Positions 37,413 through 47,713 of a stretch of DNA of 64,000 nt are shown here, piece after piece. The DNA lies in IMG/VR virus record IMGVR_UViG_3300034418_005550; one strand, written 5' to 3'. Position 1 is the stretch's first letter. Every line of letters starts with the position of its first letter. The stretch is from an uncultured virus (IMG/VR IMGVR_UViG_3300034418_005550) (Duplodnaviria > Heunggongvirae > Uroviricota > Caudoviricetes). Made by a program: the position numbers and the translations under genes. Below the pieces are notes generated by a model. The model saw nothing but the letters and a program-made list of their open reading frames with translations, searched no databases and had not been told where the DNA came from.

Positions 37413-39757
37413 TAGAACGCCACATTAATTCCACGCCTTGCTCCCTCTTGTAAGGCTCTTGCTACTGCTTCTTCTATATCTTGAGGAGTTCCTAATAGTG
37501 CTTGAGGATTTACTGTAATAATATTTGTATTACCATATCTTGCTAAACCGCCTCCAACATCTGTAAAACCACCTTTTGGTACTTCTGCACCACCACTTGC
37601 AGGAAACTTAACTCCTCCTGTCTGAGGGCTTGTAGGAACACTAGGAGTACTTGTAAATGGACTTATTTTTTTACCTGACATATTAAATATAGATTGAAAA
37701 CTAGCTTTTAGTTTATCTAAATCTCCACCAACATTAGCAACCATTTGTCTTATGCCTTCTTCTAATGCACCAATTGCCTGAGCGTCAGCGATAGCGTCAT
37801 CTAATTCTTTTTTAGCAATAGCCATAGCTAATAAATTTTCAGTTGAATTAGCAGTAGCTTTTGCTAAATCTTCTTGTGCTTGACGATATTCTTCTTGAGC
37901 CTTTTTAATTTTTTCTTGTTGTTTTTCTAAATCATCTAAAGCTCTTTGATACTCTCTTTGTGCTTGCTCTTCGGCTTGAGTTGCAGAAGTACTATCTTTA
38001 ATTAATTCAGTTAATCGTTGTTGAGCAACTTGTAATTCAAGATTTTGTACTTTACTTCTATCTTCTACTTCTAATAATTTTTGTATAGCTTCTTTTTGAC
38101 GCTCAATAGCTAATTGTTCTTCAGCAGTAACTTCTTTAGATTTTTCTTTTTCTTTATTTAATTGTTCAAGTGCATAATCTCGTCTAGAAATAATGCCTTT
38201 TTCAGCGTTCATTTCCTTATTAAGATTTTTTAATGCTTTCTTTTCTTCGTTTTCTAAATCAGTAATATTTTCTTTAATCTTGTTCATCTTTTGATAAGCA
38301 CTATAAACTTTATTTAATGCTCCTAAAGACTCTTCTTCTCTAGTTTTAGCTAATTCTTCTTCTGCGTCTATTTCATCTTGAGTAGTATCAACAACTTCCT
38401 CTTTACTTTTTCGTAAATCGGTTAAACCTGCAATATAGCTTTCTACTGCGTCCCTTTCATCGTCATGAGATTTTTCTAAATCTTTAGTAACTTGAACTAA
38501 TCTTTTTACTCTTACAATGCCGTCTGCATATTCACGACTAACTGTTCTTAATTCATAAGAATATTGTTTTATTGGCTCTCTTTCAGCTACTGCTTTCCTA
38601 TAATCAATAATGCTTTGGATTAATCTATCAAACAAACCAACAGTTTGTCTTGCAGTTCCCTCGAAATCTTTTCCTATATCAGTTAATAAAATATTCCATT
38701 TATTTGATAAAATATCTAATTCGGCTTGTAAAGTATCTAATTGTTTATTTGCAACTTCTTCAGTTGTTCCACCTGCGTCCCTTAGAGCTTCTTCATATTC
38801 TCTTATTTGGTCAGTAGTTCCAGATAAAATCTTAACCGCGTCAGCAACACCTCTATTTAAACCTAATTGGTCTAAAGTACTAGCCTTTAATTCATCAGAC
38901 ATTGGTCCTAATACTGCGTCTAATTCTTCAATAATATCTGCAACATTTTTCATATTGCCCTCTGCGTCAAACATTTGAAGTCCTAGTTTTGCAAATTCTT
39001 CTGAATTCTTAGCAGTAGCTCTTGGTATATCTCTTAAAACTTGGTTTAACTTATCGCCTGCCTCTGCACCTTTTACACCTCTATCAGCAAAAACTGCTAA
39101 AACTGCAACACCTTCTTCAATATCTTTATTAACAACTTTTAAGGCTGCACCTGCTTTTGTAGTTAATGCCTCTGAAAATTGTTGAACACTTGCATTTGCT
39201 AATGTGTTAGCTTTTACCAAAACATCTGTAACTCGTGTTAAGTTTTGCATATTTTGTTGAGCGTCTTGAACTGTAAGTCCTAAAGCTGATTGTGCGTCAG
39301 TTGCTAAGTCAGTAGCAGTTGCCATATCAAACATACCTGCTTGTGCAAATTTTGCTACTTGAGGTAGTGCATTAATAGATTGTTCTGCGTCTAAACCTGC
39401 TGATGCTAAGAAGAAAAATGCCTCTGCTGATTGATTAGCTGATATTGTAGTTGTACTTGCTACTTCTTGAGCAGCCCTTACCATAGCCTCTTGTTCTTGA
39501 ACTGTTGTGTTCATAATTGCAAGAGATTGTGTCATCTTGCTATCAAATTCAGTAAAGGCTTGGACTGCTTCAGTTACACCTTTTGCTAATGCAATAAAAC
39601 CTACTGCAGTAACACCTGCAGTTATTTTTCCTAATTTACCTAAATGCTTACCAGTAGTGCCAGAAGTTGCACCAAGTTTTTTCATTTGTGCAGAGGCTAA
39701 ATCTGCACCTTTTGTAGCAATCCTAATTATTAGGTCTGCACCTGCACCTAAAGCCAT
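37412..39757 (-). CDS. Tail tape measure protein
   Basis: 781 aa, TP901-type core shared with 3899-6385. Confidence 0.93.
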   Translation of the reverse strand: MALGAGADLIIRIATKGADLASAQMKKLGATSGTTGKHLGKLGKITAGVTAVGFIALAKGVTEAVQAFTEFDSKMTQSLAIMNTTVQEQEAMVRAAQEVASTTTISANQSAEAFFFLASAGLDAEQSINALPQVAKFAQAGMFDMATATDLATDAQSALGLTVQDAQQNMQNLTRVTDVLVKANTLANASVQQFSEALTTKAGAALKVVNKDIEEGVAVLAVFADRGVKGAEAGDKLNQVLRDIPRATAKNSEEFAKLGLQMFDAEGNMKNVADIIEELDAVLGPMSDELKASTLDQLGLNRGVADAVKILSGTTDQIREYEEALRDAGGTTEEVANKQLDTLQAELDILSNKWNILLTDIGKDFEGTARQTVGLFDRLIQSIIDYRKAVAEREPIKQYSYELRTVSREYADGIVRVKRLVQVTKDLEKSHDDERDAVESYIAGLTDLRKSKEEVVDTTQDEIDAEEELAKTREEESLGALNKVYSAYQKMNKIKENITDLENEEKKALKNLNKEMNAEKGIISRRDYALEQLNKEKEKSKEVTAEEQLAIERQKEAIQKLLEVEDRSKVQNLELQVAQQRLTELIKDSTSATQAEEQAQREYQRALDDLEKQQEKIKKAQEEYRQAQEDLAKATANSTENLLAMAIAKKELDDAIADAQAIGALEEGIRQMVANVGGDLDKLKASFQSIFNMSGKKISPFTSTPSVPTSPQTGGVKFPASGGAEVPKGGFTDVGGGLARYGNTNIITVNPQALLGTPQDIEEAVARALQEGARRGINVAF

Positions 39758-39946
39758 TTATCTTCTCCTCTTACTTTCGGCTTGTTGTAAAGCTATTGCT
39801 TTATTTTTCTCTTTTTGCTCCCATAGGTAAAAAGTAGCCCATTGAGTATATTCGTATGAACTCATTGTAGCTTGTAAATTAGCCACAGTCATTCCTAAAT
39901 CTCTAGCTAAGCGAAAAGTAAATGCTAATTCAGGATTAGTCTTGAA
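39758..39946 (-). CDS. Tail assembly chaperone C-terminal frame (probable frameshift product)
   Basis: FKTNPELAFTFRLARDLGMTV..., homologous to 6386-6577. Confidence 0.8.
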   Translation of the reverse strand, partial: FKTNPELAFTFRLARDLGMTVANLQATMSSYEYTQWATFYLWEQKEKNKAIALQQAESKRRR

Positions 39947-40277
39947 AGTCCTCGGCAATTTCTGCCTGAACCTCCTCAGTTGCTCCGTTCATTTCAGATA
40001 TTTCAATAAATATTCTATCAATTACTGTTGCGTTCTTTTCATACAGTAATTCAATCATTTCATCATCTAATTGAGGTTCAATTACACTAGCTTTAAGTAA
40101 TTCTTTTTGATAATCAAAAGCGTCTTTACTTTCATCACTTGCAATTCGTGCTAACTCTACTTGTACTTTTTTACTAATACCTTTTACTCTGATTTTTGCG
40201 TCCCATTCAGGTATTTCAATTTCCTTTTCTGGAACATCAGCAATAGTATTTAATATTGTTTTATTTAGATAGTCCAT
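39936..40277 (-). CDS. Tail assembly chaperone
   Basis: Ortholog of 6567-6908. Confidence 0.8.
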   Translation of the reverse strand: MDYLNKTILNTIADVPEKEIEIPEWDAKIRVKGISKKVQVELARIASDESKDAFDYQKELLKASVIEPQLDDEMIELLYEKNATVIDRIFIEISEMNGATEEVQAEIAEDFQD

Positions 40278-40300
40278 TATGCGTCCTTTATAAAAGTATC

Positions 40301-40711
40301 TTAGTTAGTTCCTCGAGTTACTGCACCAGTTACTTGAAGTTCTGCAGTATAAGATACTACATCTGCTACAGGACTATTTTTTGTATATCCAGTACAAATT
40401 GCTTCGCCTGAATATAGAACAGTTCCGCCTGCAGTTCCCTCTGGTGAATACTCAAAAGAAAGTGTTGCACTTTGACCAATAACTGCACCAAAAATTCCAT
40501 CTACTGTGCTATCCCATAGACCAGTAACTGAAATAGTTGCGTCTTTCAATCCAACAATATATGTCTTATTTGTTGCACCTAGAACCGAAGTTTCGGCTAT
40601 ATCTGCAGTTTGTGGAAAGTCCACATTATTAACATAAGAGCTTATATCAGTTAGAGTTCCGCTATCGTTGTCTAACTTAAATACGCTGTCTTTTCCATGT
40701 ACGAATGCCAT
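40301..40711 (-). CDS. Major tail (tube) protein
   Basis: Ortholog of 6928-7338. Confidence 0.8.
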   Translation of the reverse strand: MAFVHGKDSVFKLDNDSGTLTDISSYVNNVDFPQTADIAETSVLGATNKTYIVGLKDATISVTGLWDSTVDGIFGAVIGQSATLSFEYSPEGTAGGTVLYSGEAICTGYTKNSPVADVVSYTAELQVTGAVTRGTN

Positions 40712-40728
40712 TTCTTTTTATTCTCCTC

Positions 40729-41445
40729 TTAATTAATTCTTCCAAAACCTACAATAGCAGAAAAGCTAGGAGTAGTCCCACTAACAGTAAAAGAAACTTT
40801 TAAGTATCTATTAACTGTTGTACCTTTTGCTACTGATTTATATTCAGAAGTACTTGTTGTTGCTTGTGTAAATGTTACTAAATTTGTATAAGTTATATCA
40901 TCAGCAGAATGTTTTATAACTACATCTAAAGTTGGTGTAGTACCGCTTGCAGAAGTAACTAATAAAAAAGCACCACCACCATTAGTAGTAGAACTTCCAT
41001 TATCTCTTGCAGTTCCGTCAGCAGTTGCAGTTATAGTATCATTTTCTAAAATTAAACCATTTAACATACCGCCGTCAGCTTGTATTTCTAATGAAGTAGC
41101 TACAACATCTCCTACAGGACTTGATACGCCATAATTAGTTATATTTGCATTTGCAAAAAATACTTTATCGGTTGCACTTACTCCACTTGCACCATTAACA
41201 AATACAAAATCATTTCCGCCTAATAGTGGTTGCAATACTGCGTCTGAAGTAGCGTCAAAAAATCCTGCTAATGAAGATGTTCCGTCTTTTTGTCCGCCTA
41301 TATAAGTCTTTGCATCTCCAGTAACACCAAAAGTTGTTGTTTCAGCAACATCTGCAGTCATTGAAGTATCTGCACTATTAAAATATTGAGAATAGTCATT
41401 TTGATTAATATAAATCTTTGTATCTTTACCATGAACGAAAGCCAT
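40729..41445 (-). CDS. Tail tube paralog with C-terminal extension
   Basis: Ortholog of 7359-8069. Confidence 0.7.
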   Translation of the reverse strand: MAFVHGKDTKIYINQNDYSQYFNSADTSMTADVAETTTFGVTGDAKTYIGGQKDGTSSLAGFFDATSDAVLQPLLGGNDFVFVNGASGVSATDKVFFANANITNYGVSSPVGDVVATSLEIQADGGMLNGLILENDTITATADGTARDNGSSTTNGGGAFLLVTSASGTTPTLDVVIKHSADDITYTNLVTFTQATTSTSEYKSVAKGTTVNRYLKVSFTVSGTTPSFSAIVGFGRIN

Positions 41446-41516
41446 TATCTACGACCTCCACCTCTACGAGTTGTACTTCTTCTTCTAGTTCCAGAACTAC
41501 TTCCGTACTTTCCCAT
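41445..41516 (-). CDS. 23-aa Arg/Gly-rich micropeptide MGKYGSSSGTRRRSTTRRGGGRR
   Basis: TAATG-coupled at both ends; homolog 8069-8143. Confidence 0.7.
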   Translation of the reverse strand: MGKYGSSSGTRRRSTTRRGGGRR

Positions 41517-41683
41517 TATTCTTCTTCTTCCTTTATTTGTTTTTTAGCTAATGCAGTTGCTTTCATAATTAAGCCTTGCTCTAATAACCATTTTACACTT
41601 TTTTTAGGTATGTCGTTCACAATACTACCTGCCATATGTGTTTTTCCATTGTATTCTAATTCTTCGTTTAAAATATAATCCAT
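41516..41683 (-). CDS. Small conserved morphogenesis-region protein (55 aa)
   Basis: Not in ORF track; MDYILNEE...DIPKKSVKWLL, homolog of 8143-8358. Confidence 0.75.
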   Translation of the reverse strand: MDYILNEELEYNGKTHMAGSIVNDIPKKSVKWLLEQGLIMKATALAKKQIKEEEE

Positions 41684-42090
41684 TATGCAATTACCTCTAC
41701 GCTAAATTGTACTCCAATATAGTCTATGTTATTAACATTATACACGCCATAATCAGTTGCGTCAGTAACTCTAACAGATTGAGCCTCACTATTCAAAGTA
41801 GTATCGCTTTCAATTTGAGCTTTTATAGAATTAGCACCAGAACTTTGTAAGTAACTATCTAAACTTTCTTGGCTTAATTGAGCGTCAACTCTTGATATAT
41901 AAACTAATACCGGAATTGTATAAACATCTGAACCTCTAGCCATTGTTGAATCATATTCAATTCTTTCTACAACACCAACAACTGCAGTAGGAGGTTCTAC
42001 CATGTCAGGAACATATTTATAAATATTTAAACCAGTAATAGAAGATAAATTATTTCCTATTTCGTTTCTTATATTTGTTAAACTTGCCAT
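41683..42090 (-). CDS. Putative tail terminator/completion protein
   Basis: Ortholog of 8358-8765. Confidence 0.6.
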   Translation of the reverse strand: MASLTNIRNEIGNNLSSITGLNIYKYVPDMVEPPTAVVGVVERIEYDSTMARGSDVYTIPVLVYISRVDAQLSQESLDSYLQSSGANSIKAQIESDTTLNSEAQSVRVTDATDYGVYNVNNIDYIGVQFSVEVIA

Positions 42091-42608
42091 TATCTTGCTC
42101 TCATTCTACCACTTCGCCATAAGACAGTAATTGCTTTTCCTGCCTCACGCAATAAAGCGTTTCTTTGTCTAGTAGTATCTCTAATAGCCATTTTTATAAA
42201 TGGAATAATAGGAGTTCCTTTTTTACCAATAGCTTGTTGTACTACATAAGGATTAATATCGTGCCTTTTAGCCCAACCCTCTAATGCTTTTATTGGTGGA
42301 TAATGAGGCTTACTTCTACTAAATGGTGGAGATAATCTATAATTTTTATCTTTAAAGCCATGAACATAAGTACTATGTGGTGCTCGTGAATAAATATCAA
42401 CGCCATTAGGTAATCTACCTACATCAGCTAATCTTTTGAAACCTATACCTTTTTTTAAATCTCCTAAATCTTCTGGTGCTAATTGTTTAGCTCTATCTGC
42501 AACTAAAGCACCCGTAAGGTCCATATATCTTCTTAATGGAAAGTAAGTTAAGTTATGCATATCTATTCTTTTTCTTAACTTATTTGCACCAATTACTCTT
42601 ATTTGCAT
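42090..42608 (-). CDS. Neck protein (HK97 gp10-like)
   Basis: Ortholog of 8775-9293. Confidence 0.7.
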   Translation of the reverse strand: MQIRVIGANKLRKRIDMHNLTYFPLRRYMDLTGALVADRAKQLAPEDLGDLKKGIGFKRLADVGRLPNGVDIYSRAPHSTYVHGFKDKNYRLSPPFSRSKPHYPPIKALEGWAKRHDINPYVVQQAIGKKGTPIIPFIKMAIRDTTRQRNALLREAGKAITVLWRSGRMRAR

Positions 42609-42677
42609 TTGTCCTACTTCTTTGAGATAATATGATTTTTAGAGTTTTCTTCTAAAAAACTCTTTATTTATGCTCTA

Positions 42678-42730
42678 ACTACCATGAGATTGCCCTCTCT
42701 CGTTAGTAAAAATCATTCTGGTACTAAGTG
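42678..42730 (-). repeat. Phage B dispersed ~55-bp repeat, copy 1
   Basis: Reverse complement CACTTAGTACCAGAATGATTTTTACTAACGAGAGAGGGCAATCTCATGGTAG aligns with other copies. Confidence 0.65.
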
Positions 42731-42790
42731 TAACACATAGAATTACCATAGATATTGAGTAAATTTTTTAAGATTTTTTTTAAAAAGAAG

Positions 42791-42847
42791 TTGGTTTATC
42801 GAGAACACAAGCATAATATATAAGTATGTTAGATAATAAAAAAGGAG
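42791..42847 (+). promoter_or_regulatory. Phage B early-type promoter and leader
   Basis: TTGGTT..CGAGAACA..CATAAT, then ATGTTAGATAATAA-AAAGGAG leader shared with 54136-54194 and 58616-58668. Confidence 0.6.
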
Positions 42848-42852
42848 TTAAA

Positions 42853-43227
42853 ATGACATATTATCAAAGAGTAAAAGCATTTAGAGATAACCAACAAGTA
42901 TTATTAGATGATTTCTTAGCAGAAGTTGTTGCTACAGGTATTATTACAAAATCAACTGATAATAATTCTACTAACAGAAATAAAGTTTATTTTCAATTTA
43001 TTGCTAATAAATTTAATAAAAAAACTGTAAATAGTTTCAAAGACCATATTGTTAAATTAGAAGAAAAATTAGCTAAAGCTGATAATGAAATGGAAAAAGA
43101 TTTATATAAAGAAATAATTTTAGAAACTCAATACAATGTGCGTTTTTGGAATATTGCAAAACCATTATTTGAAGCTGATAGAAAATTAGAGCAAGTTAAA
43201 TATTTTGCAAGTAAAAATAATAGATAA
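42853..43227 (+). CDS. Moron-like hypothetical protein inserted antisense in morphogenesis operon
   Basis: Own promoter and AGGAG RBS; absent at equivalent site of phage A. Confidence 0.75.
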   Translation: MTYYQRVKAFRDNQQVLLDDFLAEVVATGIITKSTDNNSTNRNKVYFQFIANKFNKKTVNSFKDHIVKLEEKLAKADNEMEKDLYKEIILETQYNVRFWNIAKPLFEADRKLEQVKYFASKNNR

Positions 43228-43860
43228 TTATAAAACTTGTCCTGTAAGAGATAATCTACGATAACCTTTTAGCATTTCTTTTGCGTCAGGGTCAAACTTA
43301 TTAAATAGTTCTACTGTACCTGTACTTTCGTTTCCAAATACATTAAATGGTGTATCTTTTCTTTTCCATATTCTTGTAGCTTGTATTACGCAAGCCTCAA
43401 CAACTGCGTCTGGTACTGCAGTCCAGCCCCAAAGTCCTGTTATCTTAATATTTTTATTTATTAATGGCTCAAATCTTTCTGATGAACGAGTTTCCAATAT
43501 TCTCATTTCAGTAAAAGGATGATAATTAGTTCCTTTTTCTAGTATTGGATTAAGTGGTCTTAGATAAAAATCTGTATCTAATGTAAGTGTTGTATCATAA
43601 GTTCCATCATCTGTTGTATCTAGTTCTACTGTTAGCGAAGTAGTAGTACTAAGGTCAGGAATGTCAATGAATACAGTACTAATAGGATTAAAGTATTTAA
43701 CTGTTGCTGATTCATCTTGATAAAACCTCCTTTGGCAATATCTATCGATTAATCTAGAACTTGCGTCAATTGCTCTATCAATATTGTCATCTTGAGCAGT
43801 TCCAGATAAACCTAGCCTAGCTTTAAATTCAGTCTTATCTACATACTGCTCGTGAGCCAT
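43228..43860 (-). CDS. Head-tail connector/adaptor
   Basis: Ortholog of 9293-9919. Confidence 0.8.
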   Translation of the reverse strand: MAHEQYVDKTEFKARLGLSGTAQDDNIDRAIDASSRLIDRYCQRRFYQDESATVKYFNPISTVFIDIPDLSTTTSLTVELDTTDDGTYDTTLTLDTDFYLRPLNPILEKGTNYHPFTEMRILETRSSERFEPLINKNIKITGLWGWTAVPDAVVEACVIQATRIWKRKDTPFNVFGNESTGTVELFNKFDPDAKEMLKGYRRLSLTGQVL

Positions 43861-43867
43861 TTAAAAC

Positions 43868-44065
43868 CTACTTAGCTTTATTTTCTACTGGTTCTTTAGC
43901 TTTTGTTGATTTAGTTGGTTTCCATTTTTTAGCTTGTAGGTCAGATATTTCTTTTCCTGCTCTTACAAGTAATTTACCTTTAGCCCAACCTTTTGGCAAT
44001 CCGCCATTAACACCTTCAGCGATTTCGCCCTCTTCGTTTTGCCATAAATCTTTTTTAACTATCAT
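43868..44065 (-). CDS. Small Lys-rich protein after MCP
   Basis: AGGAG RBS before MIVKKD; ortholog of 9927-10121. Confidence 0.7.
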   Translation of the reverse strand: MIVKKDLWQNEEGEIAEGVNGGLPKGWAKGKLLVRAGKEISDLQAKKWKPTKSTKAKEPVENKAK

Positions 44066-44076
44066 TTTTTCTCCTT

Positions 44077-44127
44077 TAGCTTGTCCCTCACTCCTCTTTA
44101 TATAAGAAGAGTGAGAAACTAAAGCCA
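44077..44127 (-). promoter_or_regulatory. Conserved stem-loop downstream of MCP
   Basis: TTTCTCACTCTTCT/AGAGGAGTGAGGGA stem with G-U pairs. Confidence 0.6.
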
Positions 44128-44141
44128 TAATTACCTTTTAA

Positions 44142-45392
44142 TTAAAAGTTAGTAATTGAACAGAAAGCAGTTGGACGATAGATTGCGAAACCTAATCGTA
44201 AGCTAGCTTTCATCATTACTTTATCTTTTGTAAAGAAATCTGAGTGGCTATCTGACATAGCAACATCAATTCCTTGTCTAGTAATAATATGTGCTGAAAC
44301 ACCACCGCCGAAGTTTCCGACTAATGCTGTTCCTGCTGAAATTGCAGTTGTTGGTACAACTGGAACTCCCCAAAGACTTGCTTGAGGTGCACCATTGAAC
44401 ATACCTGCTCCCATAAATAATGGGTTCAAAGCACCAGAAGTTGTAACTGCGTTTACTTCTGTAACAATGTCATACCAATCACTTGGGTGCATTAATATTG
44501 CGTCAGGCTCTACGAAAGCATCTTTTCTGATTTCAGTAATTGCTTGATAAACTTGACCAATTCTCTTCAAATTTCCTGCGAATGCAGAATAATCGAAAGT
44601 ATTGATACCTGATTTGTTTAATACACCTTCAATATTTGGTGCAGAACCGTCACCGTTCAATAATTCAGAATCTAGTCTAAGGTTAAGCATTGTTCTTAAT
44701 CTTGAGTCTAGATATCCTTGTACTGCTGTAACATCTGCTAATAATTCTTCTGTAACTGGAATAGAAACACCGAATTTTCTTATTTCTTCAGTTCTTTCAG
44801 TCATAGCTAGAGCTGATTCTCCAAAAGCGCTTGCCTCTGCTACTTCAGCTGCGTTATTTGTGAAAGTTGTTTCTTCCAAATACTTGTATTGATATTGGTC
44901 TGTTTGTAATACAGAGAACAAATCAATAACACTATTAGGATTTCTTAAAGCAGTAGGAACGATAAGGTCAGAACGTACAACTCGTGGTGGATAGGCAGAG
45001 CCCTCATCAACGAGTGTCTTTGATTCTAAAATTGGGTTCCATTTTACTTCTGAAGTAACATTTTTCATTCCATCATTAATGAAAGATTGAACTGCTTTAC
45101 TCTCATGAAATTTTTGTGCAACAGTTTTATTATCTTCTGCTACTTCTTCATGAATAGGTAAAGCTTTTACTTCTTTTCCAGCTTCAACTTCAACCTCAAG
45201 TCTTTCAACTTGTGATTTATATTCTTGTTGTTCTTTAACTGTTTTTGCTAATGTTTCCATTTCTTCGTTTCTTTGTACCCAAGCTTCTTTTTGCTCGTGT
45301 GTCATTTCTTCGAAGTTATGAGTTTTAGCCTCTGTTAAAGCAGCCTCTCGAAGTTCTTGGAGCCTTTTTTTATTGACTTCTAATTCAGCCAT
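44142..45392 (-). CDS. Major capsid protein, HK97 fold
   Basis: Ortholog of 10199-11446. Confidence 0.95.
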   Translation of the reverse strand: MAELEVNKKRLQELREAALTEAKTHNFEEMTHEQKEAWVQRNEEMETLAKTVKEQQEYKSQVERLEVEVEAGKEVKALPIHEEVAEDNKTVAQKFHESKAVQSFINDGMKNVTSEVKWNPILESKTLVDEGSAYPPRVVRSDLIVPTALRNPNSVIDLFSVLQTDQYQYKYLEETTFTNNAAEVAEASAFGESALAMTERTEEIRKFGVSIPVTEELLADVTAVQGYLDSRLRTMLNLRLDSELLNGDGSAPNIEGVLNKSGINTFDYSAFAGNLKRIGQVYQAITEIRKDAFVEPDAILMHPSDWYDIVTEVNAVTTSGALNPLFMGAGMFNGAPQASLWGVPVVPTTAISAGTALVGNFGGGVSAHIITRQGIDVAMSDSHSDFFTKDKVMMKASLRLGFAIYRPTAFCSITNF

Positions 45393-45401
45393 TTTTATCT
45401 C

Positions 45402-46376
45402 CTATATTTCCGAAGTTTCTGCCAAGATACGCATTGTATCTGCAAAAACCTCATTTGCTTTTACTCTATTGTCCTTAACTTCTTCTGACAAACCTGCGTT
45501 CAATAAGTCATCAATGTCTTGAAAGATTGCGTTCAATTTTTCTTGCAATTCCATTAATGCGTCAGCAGAACTAGGACTTAGTTTTTTGTCTTTCTCTAAG
45601 CGTAAGGCAGTAAGCTCCTTAGCTCTAGTTAATACTGTAAAAACATCATTTAGAGATGTTTCTACTTCTTCAACGAAAGTTTGACCACTTTCATTTGAAA
45701 CCTCTTTACTTTTAGCCATTTCATATTCATTATGTGTAGAACATGGCATATAAATTAAATTTCCGTCTTCATCTTCGTGTGTATGAGTTCCAGAACATTC
45801 TAATTCTTCTGCTCTATCTCTTGCCTCATCTAAAGTAGTAAATTCATCTGTACCTACTTCAGCTTTTAAATCTTTTTCATCAGCTTTTTCTTTAGCTTTT
45901 TCTTTATTTGCTTTAATAGCCATTGTGTAAGTTTCTTGATTAGCACCTACTAATACTGGACTTACTTCCCATACTTTTACATCTTTTAAATATCTTACTT
46001 CTTGACTTTCGCCACTATCTTTTGTAAATGTTCCTACTTCTGAATCTAATACTTCAAAACCAAAAGACCATTGTTGTAAATCTCCCATAGCTTTAACTGT
46101 TTCATAAGCTTCTTTTCCTGCGTCTGTATTCATATTAAATTCGCCTACAAACTTAGCGTTATTATCATCTTGTACGATTTTTCCTTTACCAATTGGCTTA
46201 GCCCAATCATGAGCCCAAACCATTGTTACGCCTTTTTCTCCATAGCCACTTCTAATTGACTTTGGTACGACTACATCATTATCGCTATCTATTGTATTAA
46301 ATACGCTAAAAACTGCTTCAACTTTTCCCTCTACATCGCTTGGGATAATTGACTCAATTGTTTTAAACTCTTTCAT
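45402..46376 (-). CDS. Prohead protease with inserted Cys/His module
   Basis: WAHD, WSFGF, WEVSPVLVGAN motifs. Confidence 0.93.
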   Translation of the reverse strand: MKEFKTIESIIPSDVEGKVEAVFSVFNTIDSDNDVVVPKSIRSGYGEKGVTMVWAHDWAKPIGKGKIVQDDNNAKFVGEFNMNTDAGKEAYETVKAMGDLQQWSFGFEVLDSEVGTFTKDSGESQEVRYLKDVKVWEVSPVLVGANQETYTMAIKANKEKAKEKADEKDLKAEVGTDEFTTLDEARDRAEELECSGTHTHEDEDGNLIYMPCSTHNEYEMAKSKEVSNESGQTFVEEVETSLNDVFTVLTRAKELTALRLEKDKKLSPSSADALMELQEKLNAIFQDIDDLLNAGLSEEVKDNRVKANEVFADTMRILAETSEI

Positions 46377-47713
46377 CTGCGTCTTCTATTCCTTTTTCTA
46401 TGGTATATTGTATCACATCTGCAATTGACAACAAGGTTTGCAGGAGCACCAAAAGAGCTATCGCCAGGATATTTCATCTTGTATCCTCCTACTGTGAACA
46501 ATTGCTCATAATTTACTCTAGCATTATCAACTGCTCTATGTGGGTCTCGAACTAAATTATCTCTACGAGTAATCCATTGTTTTTCTACTGGAACACCACT
46601 TCTTTTTACTGCTTGTTCTTTTCCAAATTGTGCTAAGACTTGTGCCTCTGTTCTTGCAATAGTATTACTTCTTCCTAATCTTTGTAATCCAAATCTATTG
46701 CTTACTTCAGATTGAACATAATCTGCTAAATCTTGTCCTATTAAACCTAATTCACTTCCTTTATCAAATCCTACTCTTAATGCAACATTTAATCTTTTCT
46801 TAGTTGTCTTAGCTAATTCAGGCATAATTGTATCTAATCTATTAGTAACAAATTCTATTGCCTCTTTATTTCTTGTCATAGGCTCAATAGGAAAAACTGT
46901 ATTTGAGTTTCTTAATCTAAAAAATCCACCTGTAATAACTTCCATACGAGGTTTTCTTTGTCTTCCTGCAATAATATCTTCATCTCTATTTTTAATTTGT
47001 TCTGGTAATAAAGTTTCTATTTGTGCATAAGCAAAGTCAGTCATTAATGATAAATACATTTCATATAAATCTGCTTTCCAATCTGCAGTTATCTTATCAA
47101 TAATTAAACTTGCACCTGCTCCAATACCAATAATTGTTGGTGGATTATTCTTAAAATAAGTATTTATTTCTCTTTCTAAATTTTTAAATAATTGAAAATA
47201 TTCTAAAGTTAATTGATAGTCCCATTTAGATAATAAAGCGTCATATTGTTTCCATAAAATAGTTTTAGTTTCTTCACTTTCAAATTCTCCTGCAAATATT
47301 TCATCATTTAAGTCTAAAATTGCATTTCTTCTTTTTATTAACTCTAGAGCAGATGATACTTTTTCATCTCTTGCATTCATTGCCCTTACTAACTTTTGGC
47401 TCCAACTTCTTCCTGCGTTTCCTCCCCATAAAGCCCAAGCTATTCTTCCATTACTTGGATAGCCATCTTCTCCTGGTGACCAACCTTGACCTGCTTTATC
47501 ACTTTCGTGTCTTGGAAAATATTTAGCAATATGTCTTACTTTTTCTGCACCTGCAGTTGTATTATTTAAAATATATCTTGCTGAATTCCTACCAACAGAA
47601 GTACCACCTCTGCCATATTCTTTTACCCAATCTAGACCTCTCCTAGCTTCTTCTTTAGCACCTTTAGGAATTGTAAAATCTAAATCGTCGTAAGGTCCTT
47701 TAAAATTCTCCAC
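46373..47713 (-). CDS. MuF-like minor head protein
   Basis: IARTE, KQW...D..VR..H, PGD...NCRC. Confidence 0.88.
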   Translation of the reverse strand: MENFKGPYDDLDFTIPKGAKEEARRGLDWVKEYGRGGTSVGRNSARYILNNTTAGAEKVRHIAKYFPRHESDKAGQGWSPGEDGYPSNGRIAWALWGGNAGRSWSQKLVRAMNARDEKVSSALELIKRRNAILDLNDEIFAGEFESEETKTILWKQYDALLSKWDYQLTLEYFQLFKNLEREINTYFKNNPPTIIGIGAGASLIIDKITADWKADLYEMYLSLMTDFAYAQIETLLPEQIKNRDEDIIAGRQRKPRMEVITGGFFRLRNSNTVFPIEPMTRNKEAIEFVTNRLDTIMPELAKTTKKRLNVALRVGFDKGSELGLIGQDLADYVQSEVSNRFGLQRLGRSNTIARTEAQVLAQFGKEQAVKRSGVPVEKQWITRRDNLVRDPHRAVDNARVNYEQLFTVGGYKMKYPGDSSFGAPANLVVNCRCDTIYHRKRNRRRR

